This document shows positions 12,579-24,096 of a stretch of DNA of 64,000 bases, one piece after another; the first letter of the stretch is position 1, and every line of letters begins with the position of its first letter. Below the pieces are notes generated by a model. That model searched no databases. It was not told where the DNA came from and saw only the letters and a program-made list of their open reading frames with translations. This stretch comes from an uncultured Gammaproteobacteria bacterium (GTDB lineage: Bacteria; Pseudomonadota; Gammaproteobacteria; UBA9214): assembly GCA_963748215.1 (NCBI GenBank), contig CAVVHS010000008.1, positions 256,001-320,000 of the forward strand, written 5' to 3'. The position numbers were made by a program, and so were the translations under genes.

Positions 12579-13656
12579 ATGGCGCTATCCATTCGCGGTA
12601 TACGGTTGATCATCCCCCTGCTGGCGACAACGGTCGGCTGCACACCGGCGCAGTCTGTCCAGCGCGACAGCTACGCTGCCAGTCCGCAGGCACGCACCTT
12701 CATCGAGGCCATGGTGGCGAAGCACGGCTTCAGCCAGGACGCGCTGCAGGACCTGTTCAGCCAGACCGAGCGCCGCGACGACATTCTCGAACTGATGAGC
12801 AAGCCGGCCGAGAAGCGGCTGCAGTGGTACGAGTACCGCAAGATCTTCCTGACCCAGGACCGCATCGATGGCGGCGTACGCTTCTGGAAGCAGCATGCGG
12901 GCGACCTCGCCGATGCCGCGGCCACCTTCGGTGTCGATCCCCAGGTCATCGTGGCCATCATCGGCGTAGAGACCCGTTATGGCGGCAATACCGGCCGTCA
13001 CCGGGTCATCGACGCCCTCGCCACGCTGGCCTTCGACTACCCGCCGCGCAGCGAATTCTTCACCAGCGAACTGGAGCAGTACCTGCTGCTGGCGCGCGAG
13101 GAGGAGATCGACCTGCTGAAAACCACCGGCTCCTATGCCGGCGCCATGGGCTACGGCCAGTTCATTCCCAGCAGCTACCGCCGCTACGCGGTCGATTTCG
13201 ACGCCAACGGCCGGCGCGACCTGTGGGACAGCCCGCGTGACATCATTGGCAGCGTCGCGAACTATTTCAAGGCACACGGCTGGGAACAGGGCCAGCCGGT
13301 CGCGGTACGCGCCACCGTCAGCGGCGATGCCTGGGAGGCGGTGCTGAAACTCGGCTACAAGCCGAACACGGTGCTCGATGCGCTGCGCCACGACGGCGTC
13401 ACCCCGGCGCGAACCCATGCCGGATACGCTGACCGCCGCGCTGATCCAGTTCGACCAGCAGGACGGCCCGGAATACTGGCTCGGGTTCAACAACTTTTAC
13501 GTGATTACGCGCTACAATCACAGTCCGCTCTACGCCATGGCGGTGTACCAGCTGAGCGAGGAGATTCGCGCCGCCCGGGACGTGGCGGAATCATCTGCGA
13601 GCAGGCCGGCCGGGGCGCTTGCCAAACACATTCCCGCGCGGGAAAATCCGGACTGA
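12579..13656 (+). CDS. mltB: Lytic murein transglycosylase B (frameshift near 13410, probably an error)
   Basis: [25 protein letters not shown]; C-terminus [18 protein letters not shown] in the ORF ending 13656. Confidence 0.92.
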
Positions 13657-13679
13657 ACGCACGTAGACGGGGACAGACA

Positions 13680-14525
13680 ATGACTATTGCGATGACTGCG
13701 AAACAGGTATTCCTGCCGGCGTGCGCGCTGGCCATCGCCGCCTGGCTCACCGGCTGCTCGACCTCGGGCATGCTGGAGCCGTCCGACGATGCACCGGCCA
13801 GCCCGCGCGATGTTTCCGGCATCCCGAATGCCGTGCCCAAACCGGAACCGCTGAGCCGCTACGGCAACCCGCAGTCCTACGTCGTCTACGGCGAACGCTA
13901 CTTCACCCTGCCAAGCAGCAAGGGCTACAGGGAGCGGGGCCTGGCCTCCTGGTATGGCACCAAGTTCCATGGCAAGCGCACCTCCAGCGGCGAGCCCTAC
14001 GACCTGTACGCCATGACCGCCGCGCACAAGACCCTGCCGCTGCCGACCTATGTCGAGGTTACCAACCTCGACAACAACCGCAGCGTGATCGTCAAGGTCA
14101 ACGACCGCGGGCCCTTCCACGACGGACGCATTATCGATCTGTCCTACTCCGCGGCCCACAAGCTCGGCATCCTCGGCACGGGGACCGGCCGCGTGGAAGT
14201 GCACGCCATCGACCCGGTGGCAGCGGACCGGGTGCCGTCCGATCAGCCGGTGCTGGTCGAAACCGATACCCCGGCCGCCCCCGAAGCGAACAGCCAGCTG
14301 TTCCTGCAGGTCGGCGCCTTCCAGAGCCACGACAACGCCAAACGCCTGCGCAGCAATATCGAGGGCCAGAATCTTGGCGCCGTACGCATTGTCGAAACCG
14401 CCACCACGGCGGGCACCTTCTATAAGGTGCAGGTCGGGCCACTGCCGGATACCGCCGCCGCCGACCGCATCGCGCGTGCGCTCAAGCCGCTCGGCATCAA
14501 CGAGGCGCGCACCTACGTGCAGTGA
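13680..14525 (+). CDS. rlpA: Septal ring lytic transglycosylase RlpA (lipoprotein, DPBB + SPOR)
   Basis: Lipobox LTGC, GLASWYG, TAAHKTLPLP, VNDRGPF, RIIDLS, LQVGAF. Confidence 0.93.
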   Translation: MTIAMTAKQVFLPACALAIAAWLTGCSTSGMLEPSDDAPASPRDVSGIPNAVPKPEPLSRYGNPQSYVVYGERYFTLPSSKGYRERGLASWYGTKFHGKRTSSGEPYDLYAMTAAHKTLPLPTYVEVTNLDNNRSVIVKVNDRGPFHDGRIIDLSYSAAHKLGILGTGTGRVEVHAIDPVAADRVPSDQPVLVETDTPAAPEANSQLFLQVGAFQSHDNAKRLRSNIEGQNLGAVRIVETATTAGTFYKVQVGPLPDTAAADRIARALKPLGINEARTYVQ

Positions 14526-14603
14526 GCCGGCCGCCGTTGCAAAACAACGGCGAGACGCGGACAATGCAGGCACTTCAGCGGCCTCAACAGCACCAGGGAT
14601 ATC

Positions 14604-15785
14604 ATGCATAACAGACTGATTTACATAATTATTTCAGCATTCCTCCTCCTTACCAGCAACCTCACCAACGCCGAATCCAAGGCCGCGCCGCAACCGATAC
14701 CCGCGACCGCTGCGTTGCCCATCCCGAAGGCACCCGCCAGCGGCGCCAAGGCCTTCGTCATCCGGGACTATGACAGCGGCCGGGTGATTGCCGAACAGAA
14801 CGCCGACGAACACTACGACCCGGCCAGCATCACCAAGCTCATGACGGCCTACGTGATCTTCAACGAGCTGAAATCCGGCCATATCCAGCTGACCGACCTG
14901 GTCACCATCAGCGAAAAGGCGTGGCGTACCCCGGGTTCGCGCATGTTCGTCGAGGTCGGCAAGCAGGTCGTGGTGGAGGACCTGCTGCAGGGCATGATCG
15001 TGCAATCGGGCAACGACGCCACTGTGGCGCTGGCCGAGTACCTCGCCGGCAGCGAGGAAACCTTTGCCGCGCTGATGAACCGCACGGCCGAGGAGATGGG
15101 CCTCAAGGGCAGTCACTTCATCAACTCGACCGGCCTGCCCGACGAGAACCACTACATGACCGCCCGCGATATCGCAGTGCTTGCCGCCCGCGTCATCCGC
15201 GAGCACCCCGAGTACTACAAGTGGTATTCACAGAAGGAGTACACCTTCAACGACATCACCCAGTACAACCGCAACAAGCTGCTGTGGCAGGACGAGACGG
15301 TGGACGGGGTGAAGACCGGCTTCACCGATGCGGCAGGCTACTGCCTGGTGACCTCGGCGAAGAAGGACGGCATGCGGCTGATCACCGTGGTGCTCGGCAC
15401 CGGCAGCGCCAGTGCACGCATCGACGCCAGCCAGGCCCTGCTCAATTACGGTTTCCGCTTCTTCGAAACGCACAAGCTGTACGACGCCGGTACCGCACTG
15501 ACCTCCTCGCGCGTCTGGAAGGGCGGCACCGATTCCGTTCCGCTCGGGCTGGACCGCATCCTGTACGTCACCATCCCGCGCGGCCAGTATGAGTCGCTGG
15601 ATGCCTCGATGAAGATCGACAACCGCATCATGGCGCCACTCCAGGCAGGCACCCCGCTGGGCAGCGTGCAGGTCAAGCTTGGAGAGGACGTTGTCGCCGA
15701 GCAACCGCTGGTTAGCCTGCAGCCCGTTGCCGAAGGCTCGTTCTGGCAACGCATCGTCGACGAAGCGCTGCTCTACGTCGAATAG
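14604..15785 (+). CDS. dacA: D-alanyl-D-alanine carboxypeptidase (PBP5/6)
   Basis: PASITKLMT, SGNDA, KTG motifs. Confidence 0.93.
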   Translation: MHNRLIYIIISAFLLLTSNLTNAESKAAPQPIPATAALPIPKAPASGAKAFVIRDYDSGRVIAEQNADEHYDPASITKLMTAYVIFNELKSGHIQLTDLVTISEKAWRTPGSRMFVEVGKQVVVEDLLQGMIVQSGNDATVALAEYLAGSEETFAALMNRTAEEMGLKGSHFINSTGLPDENHYMTARDIAVLAARVIREHPEYYKWYSQKEYTFNDITQYNRNKLLWQDETVDGVKTGFTDAAGYCLVTSAKKDGMRLITVVLGTGSASARIDASQALLNYGFRFFETHKLYDAGTALTSSRVWKGGTDSVPLGLDRILYVTIPRGQYESLDASMKIDNRIMAPLQAGTPLGSVQVKLGEDVVAEQPLVSLQPVAEGSFWQRIVDEALLYVE

Positions 15786-15805
15786 CCCGATAGCGCCCGA
15801 CTGAC

Positions 15806-16669
15806 ATGCCGGTTGCCTACCTGAATGGCGCCTTCCTGCCTGTGGAACAGGCGCAGGTCTCCGTGCTCGACCGCGGCTTCCTGTTCGGCGACGGCGTGTA
15901 CGAGGTCATCCCGGTGTACGGCGGCCGGCTGTTCAGGCTCGCGCATCACCTCAAGCGCCTGCGCAACAGCCTGGCCGGCGTACGCATCGACAACCCGCTC
16001 GACGACGGTGAATGGGCCAGGGTGCTGGACGAACTGGTCACCCGCAACGAGGGCAGCGACCAGGCCGTGTACCTGAAGGTCACGCGCGGTGCCGACGTGA
16101 AGCGCGATCATGCCTTCCCCACCGGCGTCAAACCCACCGTGTTCGCCATGAGTTCGCCGCTGCCGGGGCCGCGCGACCTCGCCAGGGAAGCGGGCATACG
16201 CGCCATCACGCTGACCGACATCCGCTGGCAGCTGTGCAACATCAAGGCCATCACCCTGCTGCCGAACGTGCTGCTGCGCCAGCAGGCCATCGACGCCGGC
16301 AGTGCCGAGGCCATCCTCATCAATGACGGACGGGCCATCGAGGGCGCGGCCAGCAACCTGTTCATCGTGAAAAACGGCATCGTGATCACACCGCCCAACA
16401 GCAACGCCCTGCTGCCCGGCATCACCCGCGACCTGGTGCTGGAACTGGCCGCCAACAACGCCATCCCGTTCCGCGAGGCCGACATCAGTGAGACCGAACT
16501 GCATGCCGCGGACGAAATCTGGCTGACCAGCTCGACACGTGAAATCTCCCCCGTCGTTATCCTCGACGAACAGCCGGTCGGCGTCGGCAAGCCCGGCCCG
16601 CTCTGGCAGCGCATGAGCCGTCTGTACCAGGACTACACCGCCGCCGTGCGCCGCGGCGAGGCCGGCTAG
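15806..16669 (+). CDS. dat: D-amino acid aminotransferase (class IV PLP)
   Basis: DRGFLFGDGVYE, IKAITLL, EGAASN, LLPGITR; usual position after dacA. Confidence 0.88.
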   Translation: MPVAYLNGAFLPVEQAQVSVLDRGFLFGDGVYEVIPVYGGRLFRLAHHLKRLRNSLAGVRIDNPLDDGEWARVLDELVTRNEGSDQAVYLKVTRGADVKRDHAFPTGVKPTVFAMSSPLPGPRDLAREAGIRAITLTDIRWQLCNIKAITLLPNVLLRQQAIDAGSAEAILINDGRAIEGAASNLFIVKNGIVITPPNSNALLPGITRDLVLELAANNAIPFREADISETELHAADEIWLTSSTREISPVVILDEQPVGVGKPGPLWQRMSRLYQDYTAAVRRGEAG

Positions 16670-16948
16670 CTTCGTTCTGCACCTGCAAGAGCAGACCGCG
16701 TCCGCGAACTGCATCAATCCAACCTCCAGCAATCCCGTTAGTCCTTTCGTCTTATTGAGCGGCAGGCGTTTTGTTGTATATTCGGTAACCGCGTAAAAAA
16801 CCAGATCGGCGTTTGCATCGGCCTATCCAGGATAGCCCGGAGATAAAGTGTTGAAATCTGGGGAGCAGAGCAGAACCATGTCGGACAGTCATGCATTATT
16901 TTGCACGAATATCGTGCCTACACACTGTTAGGGCTAATAGATATCTCG

Positions 16949-17296
16949 ATGGATAAAGCCGTGGAAGCGTATTTGGCATCGGTACCAAAAGATCGGAAGC
17001 CGATAGTGGACACACTCCATAAACTAATTGTCGGGTTATATCCCAAGGCCAGAATCGATATGAGATACAAAATGCCAACCTACCAAATTGGTGATGGATG
17101 GGTGGCCTTGGCAAATCAGAAAAACCACGTATCGCTTTATACGTGTGGATATCACCATATTGCTGCTTTCAAAGAAAAGCATCCGAAAATCAAAACAGGA
17201 AAAGGGTGCATTAATATTCGGCCTGGTGATCAATTACCTCTTCAAGACCTAAAGGCTGTTGTAAAACATGCGATTACTCAACCGAAAGGGCAATAG
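16949..17296 (+). CDS. DUF1801/YdhG-like protein on an integron-type cassette
   Basis: VEAYLA...MRYKMPTY...NQKNHVSLY...KTGKGCI; AT-richer than flanks; preceded by GTTAGGGC (16927) and followed by attC. Confidence 0.8.
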   Translation: MDKAVEAYLASVPKDRKPIVDTLHKLIVGLYPKARIDMRYKMPTYQIGDGWVALANQKNHVSLYTCGYHHIAAFKEKHPKIKTGKGCINIRPGDQLPLQDLKAVVKHAITQPKGQ

Positions 17297-17392
17297 CCCT
17301 GACAAGTCGTTCGAGCTGACCCTTGACCGCGTCCTCGCGTCGCTGTCGCTCTGCTCGTCGCCGTCAAGGCCAGCTCAACTCAAACGTTCAGC
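17297..17392 (+). mobile_element. attC-like integron recombination site
   Basis: Starts at the stop codon: CCCTGAC-AAGTC-GTTCGAGCTGACCCTTGAC ... GTCAAGGCCAGCTCAACT-CAAAC-GTTCAGC; imperfect dyad with extrahelical bases. Confidence 0.75.
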
Positions 17393-17415
17393 AATCCAGA
17401 TCGCGAGGGTGAACC

Positions 17416-17913
17416 ATGTTTAGCAAGTTACTGGCATTATCTATTGTTATCGGAAGTCTGGCCGCGGTTCCTGTATATACCTGCGCGGCAGAGCCTGATG
17501 CCCCGCATCAAGGCATCGCGTTATCGCCGGATTTGCTGAACCTGCTCAGGGCAGAAATGCGTGAAATCGCCGGGGGAGTAGAGGGCATCGCCTTGTCACT
17601 GGCGACTGCGGACTGGATGTCAATCCAGGAAACCAGCACGAAAATACGGGGCAGTTACATCATGGAGAAAAAGCTCACTGCGGCCCAGAAAAATGAACTG
17701 GAGCAGGCGCTGCCCGGGCATTTCAGGCAGCTTGATGCAGCATTCCACCAGCGAGCGGAACGGCTCGGAGAGGCCGCAGCAGCCCATGATCCTGAACTTG
17801 TCGCTTTCCATTATTCGCGTCTGATCGAAAGCTGCGCCCTTTGTCATTCAGCCTATGCCAAATCGCGGTTTCCTGGGTTCTCTCCCCCTGCACCGCAGGG
17901 CCATCATCACTGA
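17416..17913 (+). CDS. Secreted cytochrome c'-like (class II) monoheme protein
   Basis: Signal peptide, helical composition, C-terminal CALCH. Confidence 0.7.
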   Translation: MFSKLLALSIVIGSLAAVPVYTCAAEPDAPHQGIALSPDLLNLLRAEMREIAGGVEGIALSLATADWMSIQETSTKIRGSYIMEKKLTAAQKNELEQALPGHFRQLDAAFHQRAERLGEAAAAHDPELVAFHYSRLIESCALCHSAYAKSRFPGFSPPAPQGHHH

Positions 17914-18002
17914 GCGAAACATAACAAACCGTTGCAGTGTCAGACCTGGCGGTCCGCCACCTTTAACTCAATCGTTCCTGAACTCATCAACAGCGACATG
18001 CA

Positions 18003-18458
18003 ATGAATATCTGGGTAGATGCCGATGCCTGTCCCGCGGTGATCAAGGATATCCTGTTCCGCGCGGCGGAACGAACCGGAACACGGCTCACGCTGGTAGC
18101 AAACCAGCCCCTGCGCATACCGCCATCGAAACACATCAGGCTGCTGCAGGTGGCATCCGGTTTCGATGTCGCCGATAACGAGATCGTCAAACGGCTCGCG
18201 GCGGGTGACCTGGTCATCACCGGCGATATTCCGCTGGCGGCCGAGGTCATCGAAAAAGGCGGTCATGCCCTCAATCCCCGCGGCGAACTGTATACGACCG
18301 AGACCATCAGGGCCCGGTTGAACATGCGGGATTTCATGGATACCCTGCGGGCCAGCGGCATACACACGGGCGGCCCGCCGGCACTGAGCCAGGTCGACCG
18401 CAAGGCGTTCGCGGATCATCTGGACACGCTGCTGGCCCGAAATGCGCCCGGAACCTGA
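18003..18458 (+). CDS. yaiI: YaiI/YqxD (DUF188) family protein
   Basis: [32 protein letters not shown]. Confidence 0.9.
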   Translation: MNIWVDADACPAVIKDILFRAAERTGTRLTLVANQPLRIPPSKHIRLLQVASGFDVADNEIVKRLAAGDLVITGDIPLAAEVIEKGGHALNPRGELYTTETIRARLNMRDFMDTLRASGIHTGGPPALSQVDRKAFADHLDTLLARNAPGT

Positions 18459-18579
18459 GCGGTAAAAAACCACCGGCAATGCGGCGGCGGTGATAGATTC
18501 GACGGCAATAAAAAGACAGGCGGATCGGAATACTCCGACCCGCCTGCCCACTAGCTTACTGCAGGGTTATCCAGGGATA

Positions 18580-19491
<912 letters not shown>

Positions 19492-19543
19492 ATTTTTTAG
19501 CCTCCTAGAGCTAGTGACTTTTGTTGATTGTCAATGCAGTAGG

Positions 19544-19559
19544 AGCAAGAGTTGTGCCA
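19544..19559 (-). promoter_or_regulatory. Sigma-54 (-24/-12) promoter
   Basis: Minus strand TGGCAC-AACTC-TTGCT about 50 nt upstream of the 19491 ATG; AGGAGG RBS in between. Confidence 0.8.
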
Positions 19560-19817
19560 TACCCTATGTCTAGAGACGAAACCCCTGTAAATACAGTGCG
19601 ATGAAGATTTTCATCTGGCGCCGCTACTGATTGCGCTACACAGTTCCTGTCACCACTGGACAACAGAATAATTGCTTGTGCACATAACTCGCTGATTATG
19701 TCCTCGTTGCACTGTTTCCAATCGACAACACAGCAAGGTACACAATGGATCACAGTAAAAAGGAATTACTCGTGCAGGATGCGGCGCACTGGATGACAGA
19801 TGACGATGAAACACCGT

Positions 19818-19968
19818 TGGTCGAATGAATTCGACCCGACAGTAGTGCCGAATTGATTAATTCACCCACTCATTCAAGGGGATAGCAAAATGAATTCAAT
19901 GTAGGGTGCGTTTTACGCACCGGGAGCGGTGCCCGAAGTGTGACGGTGCGCGCAGCGCAACCTACAAC
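19818..19968. repeat. REP-like palindromes
   Basis: GGTCGAATGAATTCGACC hairpin and an inverted TGTAGGGTGCG...CGCAACCTACA pair like those at 4720-4950. Confidence 0.65.
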
Positions 19969-20354
19969 TCAATCGGGGGAAGAGCCAGTTTACTAAATGC
20001 TGCTATTGCGGTGATTAAAGTGTGTTGCGCGTCTGTAAGATATTGTGGTTATCAATGCAGCTTGCAGGATAGCCGGCCATGGCAACGATACTCGCCAAGG
20101 TGCCCATGCCATGATACACGCCACCGCGGCAGTTGCTGTCTGTCTCGGAACCGGAGGTCTTTGTTGACGGTGCACAAAATGAAAATGACGGCGGAGGCAT
20201 TGAATTGAGAGATAATCGCAAGCTTGTACACCGTGCGTCAGGCATTGAAAATGTAGTCAGACAGTGCTTGCAAATAGTTAAAATCCGGATAGTGTCTGCA
20301 ACGAAGCGATCGCTGCCGTGATACACCTCGGCACTCAATTCGGGAAAATGATCC

Positions 20355-20864
20355 ATGACACGTAAATCCATACACCACAGATTCCGGCGCTTTCTGGTCG
20401 ATGTCTCGGAACACACACCGTTTGCAAAACTGGTCATTCTGCTGATCGTGCTGTGGCTGGCATTCGCCGCCGGACTGTACACCGTCGAGCACGCGCTTGT
20501 GGGTGCCAGCATCACCAGCTACGGCTCAGCCCTGTACTGGGGTGTTGCCGCGTTCTCCACCGCCGGCATCGCCGACACACCTGTGTCGGCTCTGGGCCAG
20601 CTCATCGGGGGCGCGTGGATAGTGATCGGCTCAATGCTGTTCTTCGGCACGATCGTCGCGACAGTCACCGCCTACTTCATGCGACCGCTGCAGCGCCCGC
20701 ACAAGAAGATTATCGAAACCATCGAAGTCAATCTGGAACAGCTGAATGATCTGACAGTCGATGAACTGGACCTGTTAAAGGATACCGTCGATACCCTGAT
20801 CACGCATGTCGAGGAATTGAAGGAACGGCAGCAACAGGACAGGGACGCGCAGAAACCCGATTAG
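20355..20864 (+). CDS. Two-TM KcsA-like ion channel with non-canonical filter
   Basis: TM1, pore helix SYGSALYW, filter STAGIAD, TM2, C-terminal coiled coil. Confidence 0.75.
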   Translation: MTRKSIHHRFRRFLVDVSEHTPFAKLVILLIVLWLAFAAGLYTVEHALVGASITSYGSALYWGVAAFSTAGIADTPVSALGQLIGGAWIVIGSMLFFGTIVATVTAYFMRPLQRPHKKIIETIEVNLEQLNDLTVDELDLLKDTVDTLITHVEELKERQQQDRDAQKPD

Positions 20865-21081
20865 TCAGTTGCAGTACCTGACTGACAGATGCAGTTCGCA
20901 GTCTCGCCGCATGCTGCAATGCCATGTCAGTGGTGTATTTCCTGGCCGTTGTGAGAGTTGTTGTTCGCACCTGCCTGCGCTTGTGCATGTAATACTTTCA
21001 CGGGCAACCAGGCTTCTCACTGCACGCGCCGTGTTCTCTGCGGAAAAGTTTATTCATCACGCCGTGGCACGGGACTGACAT

Positions 21082-21109
21082 AAAAAAGGGGCGGCCTACC
21101 CGCCCCTTT
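21082..21109 (-). terminator. Intrinsic terminator of fusA
   Basis: AAAGGGGCGG/CCGCCCCTTT stem with a T-run on the minus strand. Confidence 0.75.
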
Positions 21110-21128
21110 CGATCACTATTGCGAAAGG

Positions 21129-23218
21129 TTACTTGGCCGCTTCGCGCTCCTTGGTTTCCTTGATCACGTCCTCGGCGACGTTCCTCGGACAAGGCATGTA
21201 GTGCAGGAACTCCATAGAGAACTGGCCACGGCCGGAGGTCATGGTGCGCAGGTCACCGATGTAGCCGAACATGGTGCTGAGCGGGCACTCGGCACTGATG
21301 TGCACATTGGTCGCACCCGCTTCCTGTGACTTGATCATGCCGCGCCGGCGGTTGAGGTCGCCGATCACGTCACCGACATGATCTTCCGGAATGTAGACGT
21401 CCACCTTCATGATCGGCTCCATGAGCTGCGGGCCGGCCTTCGGCATGGTCTGGCGGTAAGCTGCACCGGCGGCCAGCTCGTAGGCAATGGCCGAGGAATC
21501 CACCGGGTGGTAGGCACCGTCGAGCAGGATCACCTTGAAGTCGAGACACGGGAAACCGGCCAGCACGCCGCGTTCCTTGCTCTTCTGGAAGCCCTTGTCC
21601 ACGGCCGGCCAGAATTCGCGCGGCACGGTACCACCGGTGACCGCCGACTCGAACACGTAGCCGCTGCCCGGCTCGCCCGGCTCGATGGCGTATTCGATCT
21701 TTGCGAACTGGCCGGAACCACCGGTCTGCTTCTTGTGGGTGTAGCTGTCCTCGATACGCTGCGTGATGGTCTCGCGGTAGGCCACCTGCGGTTTGCCGAC
21801 GGTCACGTCGACACCGTGGGTACGCCGCAGAATGTCGATCTTGATGTCGAGGTGCAGTTCGCCCATGCCCTTGAGGATGGTCTCGCCGCTGTCCTCGTCG
21901 GTCTCCATGCGGAACGACGGATCCTCCTTGATCATCTTGCCCAGCGCGATACCCATCTTCTCGGCCGCGCCCTTGTCCTTCGGCGCCACGGCAATCGAGA
22001 TCACCGGATCCGGGAACACCATCGGTTCCAGCGTGGCCGGATTTTTCGGATCGCACAGGGTGTGACCGGTCTGCACGTTCTTCATGCCGATCACGGCGAC
22101 GATGTCACCGGCCTGCGCACTGTCCAGCTCCTGCGCGCGAGTCGGCGTGCATTTCGACGATACGGCCGATGCGCTCGGTCTTGCCGGTGAAGGTATTGAG
22201 CACGGTGGTAGCCCTTCTCCAGCTTGCCGGAATAGATGCGGATGAAGGTCAGCGCACCGAAGCGGTCGTCCATGATCTTGAACGCCAGCGCGCGCAGCGG
22301 CTTGTCGGCATCGACGATGGCGAACTTGCCGGTCTCGTTGCCTTCCAGGTCGACTTCCGGCTGCGGGGTCACCTCGGTCGGGTCCGGCAGGTAGTCGACC
22401 ACGGCGTTCAGCACCAGCTGGATGCCCTTGTTCTTGAACGCAGAGCCGCAGTAGGTCGGGAAGAAATGCAGCGCGATGGTGCCCTTGCGGATACAACGCT
22501 TGAGGTCCTCGACGGACGGCTCCTCGCCCTCCAGGTATTTCTCCATCAGCGTCGTCGTCTTCATCGAGCGCCGTCTCGATCAGTTTCTCGCGCCACTCCT
22601 CGACCAGCTCGGCCATGTCGGCCGGCGGGTCCTCGATGGTGTAAGGCAGCCGGATCGCCGGAGTCGTCCCACACGTAGGCCTTGCGGGTAAGCAGGTCGA
22701 CGACGCCCTTGAACTCGTCCTCGATACCGATCGGCAGCACCATCACCAGCGGCACGGCAGCCGAGCACATCCTTGACCTGCTTGACCACGCGGTAGAAGT
22801 CCGCGCCCATGCGGTCGAGCTTGTTGACGAAGATCACGCGCGCGACCTCGGACTCGTTGGCATAGCGCCAGTTGGTTTCGGACTGCGGCTCAACGCCGCC
22901 GGAACCGCAGAACACGCCGACGCCGCCGTCCAGCACCTTCAGCGAACGGTAAACCTCGATGGTGAAGTCGACGTGGCCGGGGGTGTCGATGATGTTCAGG
23001 CGGTGATCGTTCCAGTAACAGCTGGTGGCAGCGGACTGGATGGTGATGCCGCGCTCGCGCTCCTGGTCCATGAAATCGGTGGTCGTTTCGCCCTCATGCA
23101 CCTCGCCGATCTTGTGGATCTTGCCGGTCAGCTTCAGGATGCGTTCCGTGGTCGTGGTCTTGCCGGCATCCACGTGGGCGAAGATACCGATGTTTCTGTA
23201 CTTGGATAGATCAGTCAT
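21129..23218 (-). CDS. fusA: Elongation factor G, stand-alone paralog (several frameshifts 22140-22765, probably errors)
   Basis: [65 protein letters not shown]. Confidence 0.92.
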
Positions 23219-23459
23219 GTTCCTGCTACTCGTTGGTTAACTCGTTAAATCGACACACGTTATTGACCAGTGACCGGGTACCCGGCGCGGCTGTGACACA
23301 TGCCCGCGGTCGTGTGCATACCTGAAGATAAGGCGCGGGATTATAAACGATAGTGGCAACAAATCCATGAATCGGGCGCATTTCAGGCCGATTTCGCGGC
23401 AACGGGCGGGGGCCAACCTTGCGCACGCGGCGGCCGGCCCGCGCCGTTATAATGCCGCC

Positions 23460-23684
23460 ATGCACGATTTCCTGCGCCGCATTGCCGATGACCTGCTGGA
23501 GATCGAGGTCACCCTGCGCCGCCATGGCCGCCGGGGTCAGGTCCGGCCGCCGGCCAGGAGCGGGATCTTCGACACTGCCGGGCAGTGCCTGCGCAGGAAC
23601 GATCCGCCGAACGGTGCGCTGCTGGCGTGTATCCGGCGCTTCGATGAGCTGATCGCCATCCAGTCCTCGCCGCGCCGCCATTGA
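23460..23684 (+). CDS. Short YqcC (DUF446)-like protein, apparently internally deleted
   Basis: IADDLLEIEVTLRRHG start and LLACIRRFDELI end resemble YqcC; the central PF..DT...WLQW segment is absent. Confidence 0.4.
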   Translation: MHDFLRRIADDLLEIEVTLRRHGRRGQVRPPARSGIFDTAGQCLRRNDPPNGALLACIRRFDELIAIQSSPRRH

Positions 23685-24052
23685 ACGCCAGCCCGCCCGT
23701 GACGCTGGATAATTTCCTGCGGCAGCTGCGGGAACGCCCGGAGCTGGTCGAATTCGATGCCACCCTGGCACTGATCGACGCGCTCTATCGCTTCACACCC
23801 GTGGCATTCCGCAACGGCACGCTGCACAACGCGGCCGGCCAGAACACCGGTTCCTGCAAGCTGCTCGCCTTCACCCGGCTTCACGGCCTCACCGGGCAGG
23901 AGACGCTGGCCTGTTTCGGACACCACTACCGGGACGCCGTACGGCTGCAACCGGACGGCGACAATCACCCGAATATCCGCAATTTCATGGCCAGTGGCTG
24001 GGCCGGCGTCGTGTTCGAGGCCGATCCGCTGACGCCGCGCCAGCCACGCTGA
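23681..24052 (+). CDS. HopJ-family protein
   Basis: FDATLALID..Y.FTPVAFRNG..NAAGQNTGSCKL..F...FG.HYR...HPNIRNF. Confidence 0.85.
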   Translation: MNASPPVTLDNFLRQLRERPELVEFDATLALIDALYRFTPVAFRNGTLHNAAGQNTGSCKLLAFTRLHGLTGQETLACFGHHYRDAVRLQPDGDNHPNIRNFMASGWAGVVFEADPLTPRQPR

Positions 24053-24096
24053 CAGCCGTCATCTCAAGATCCCGACCCCGGGACCGATGCCCGGAC

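Noticed and set aside
12579-14525. 648-aa apparent MltB-RlpA fusion
   Set aside because: Caused by a frameshift near 13410; the true MltB C-terminus is in another frame and RlpA has its own lipoprotein signal
23681-24052. HopJ as evidence of a type III secretion system
   Set aside because: The family is widespread without T3SS and no secretion genes are nearby
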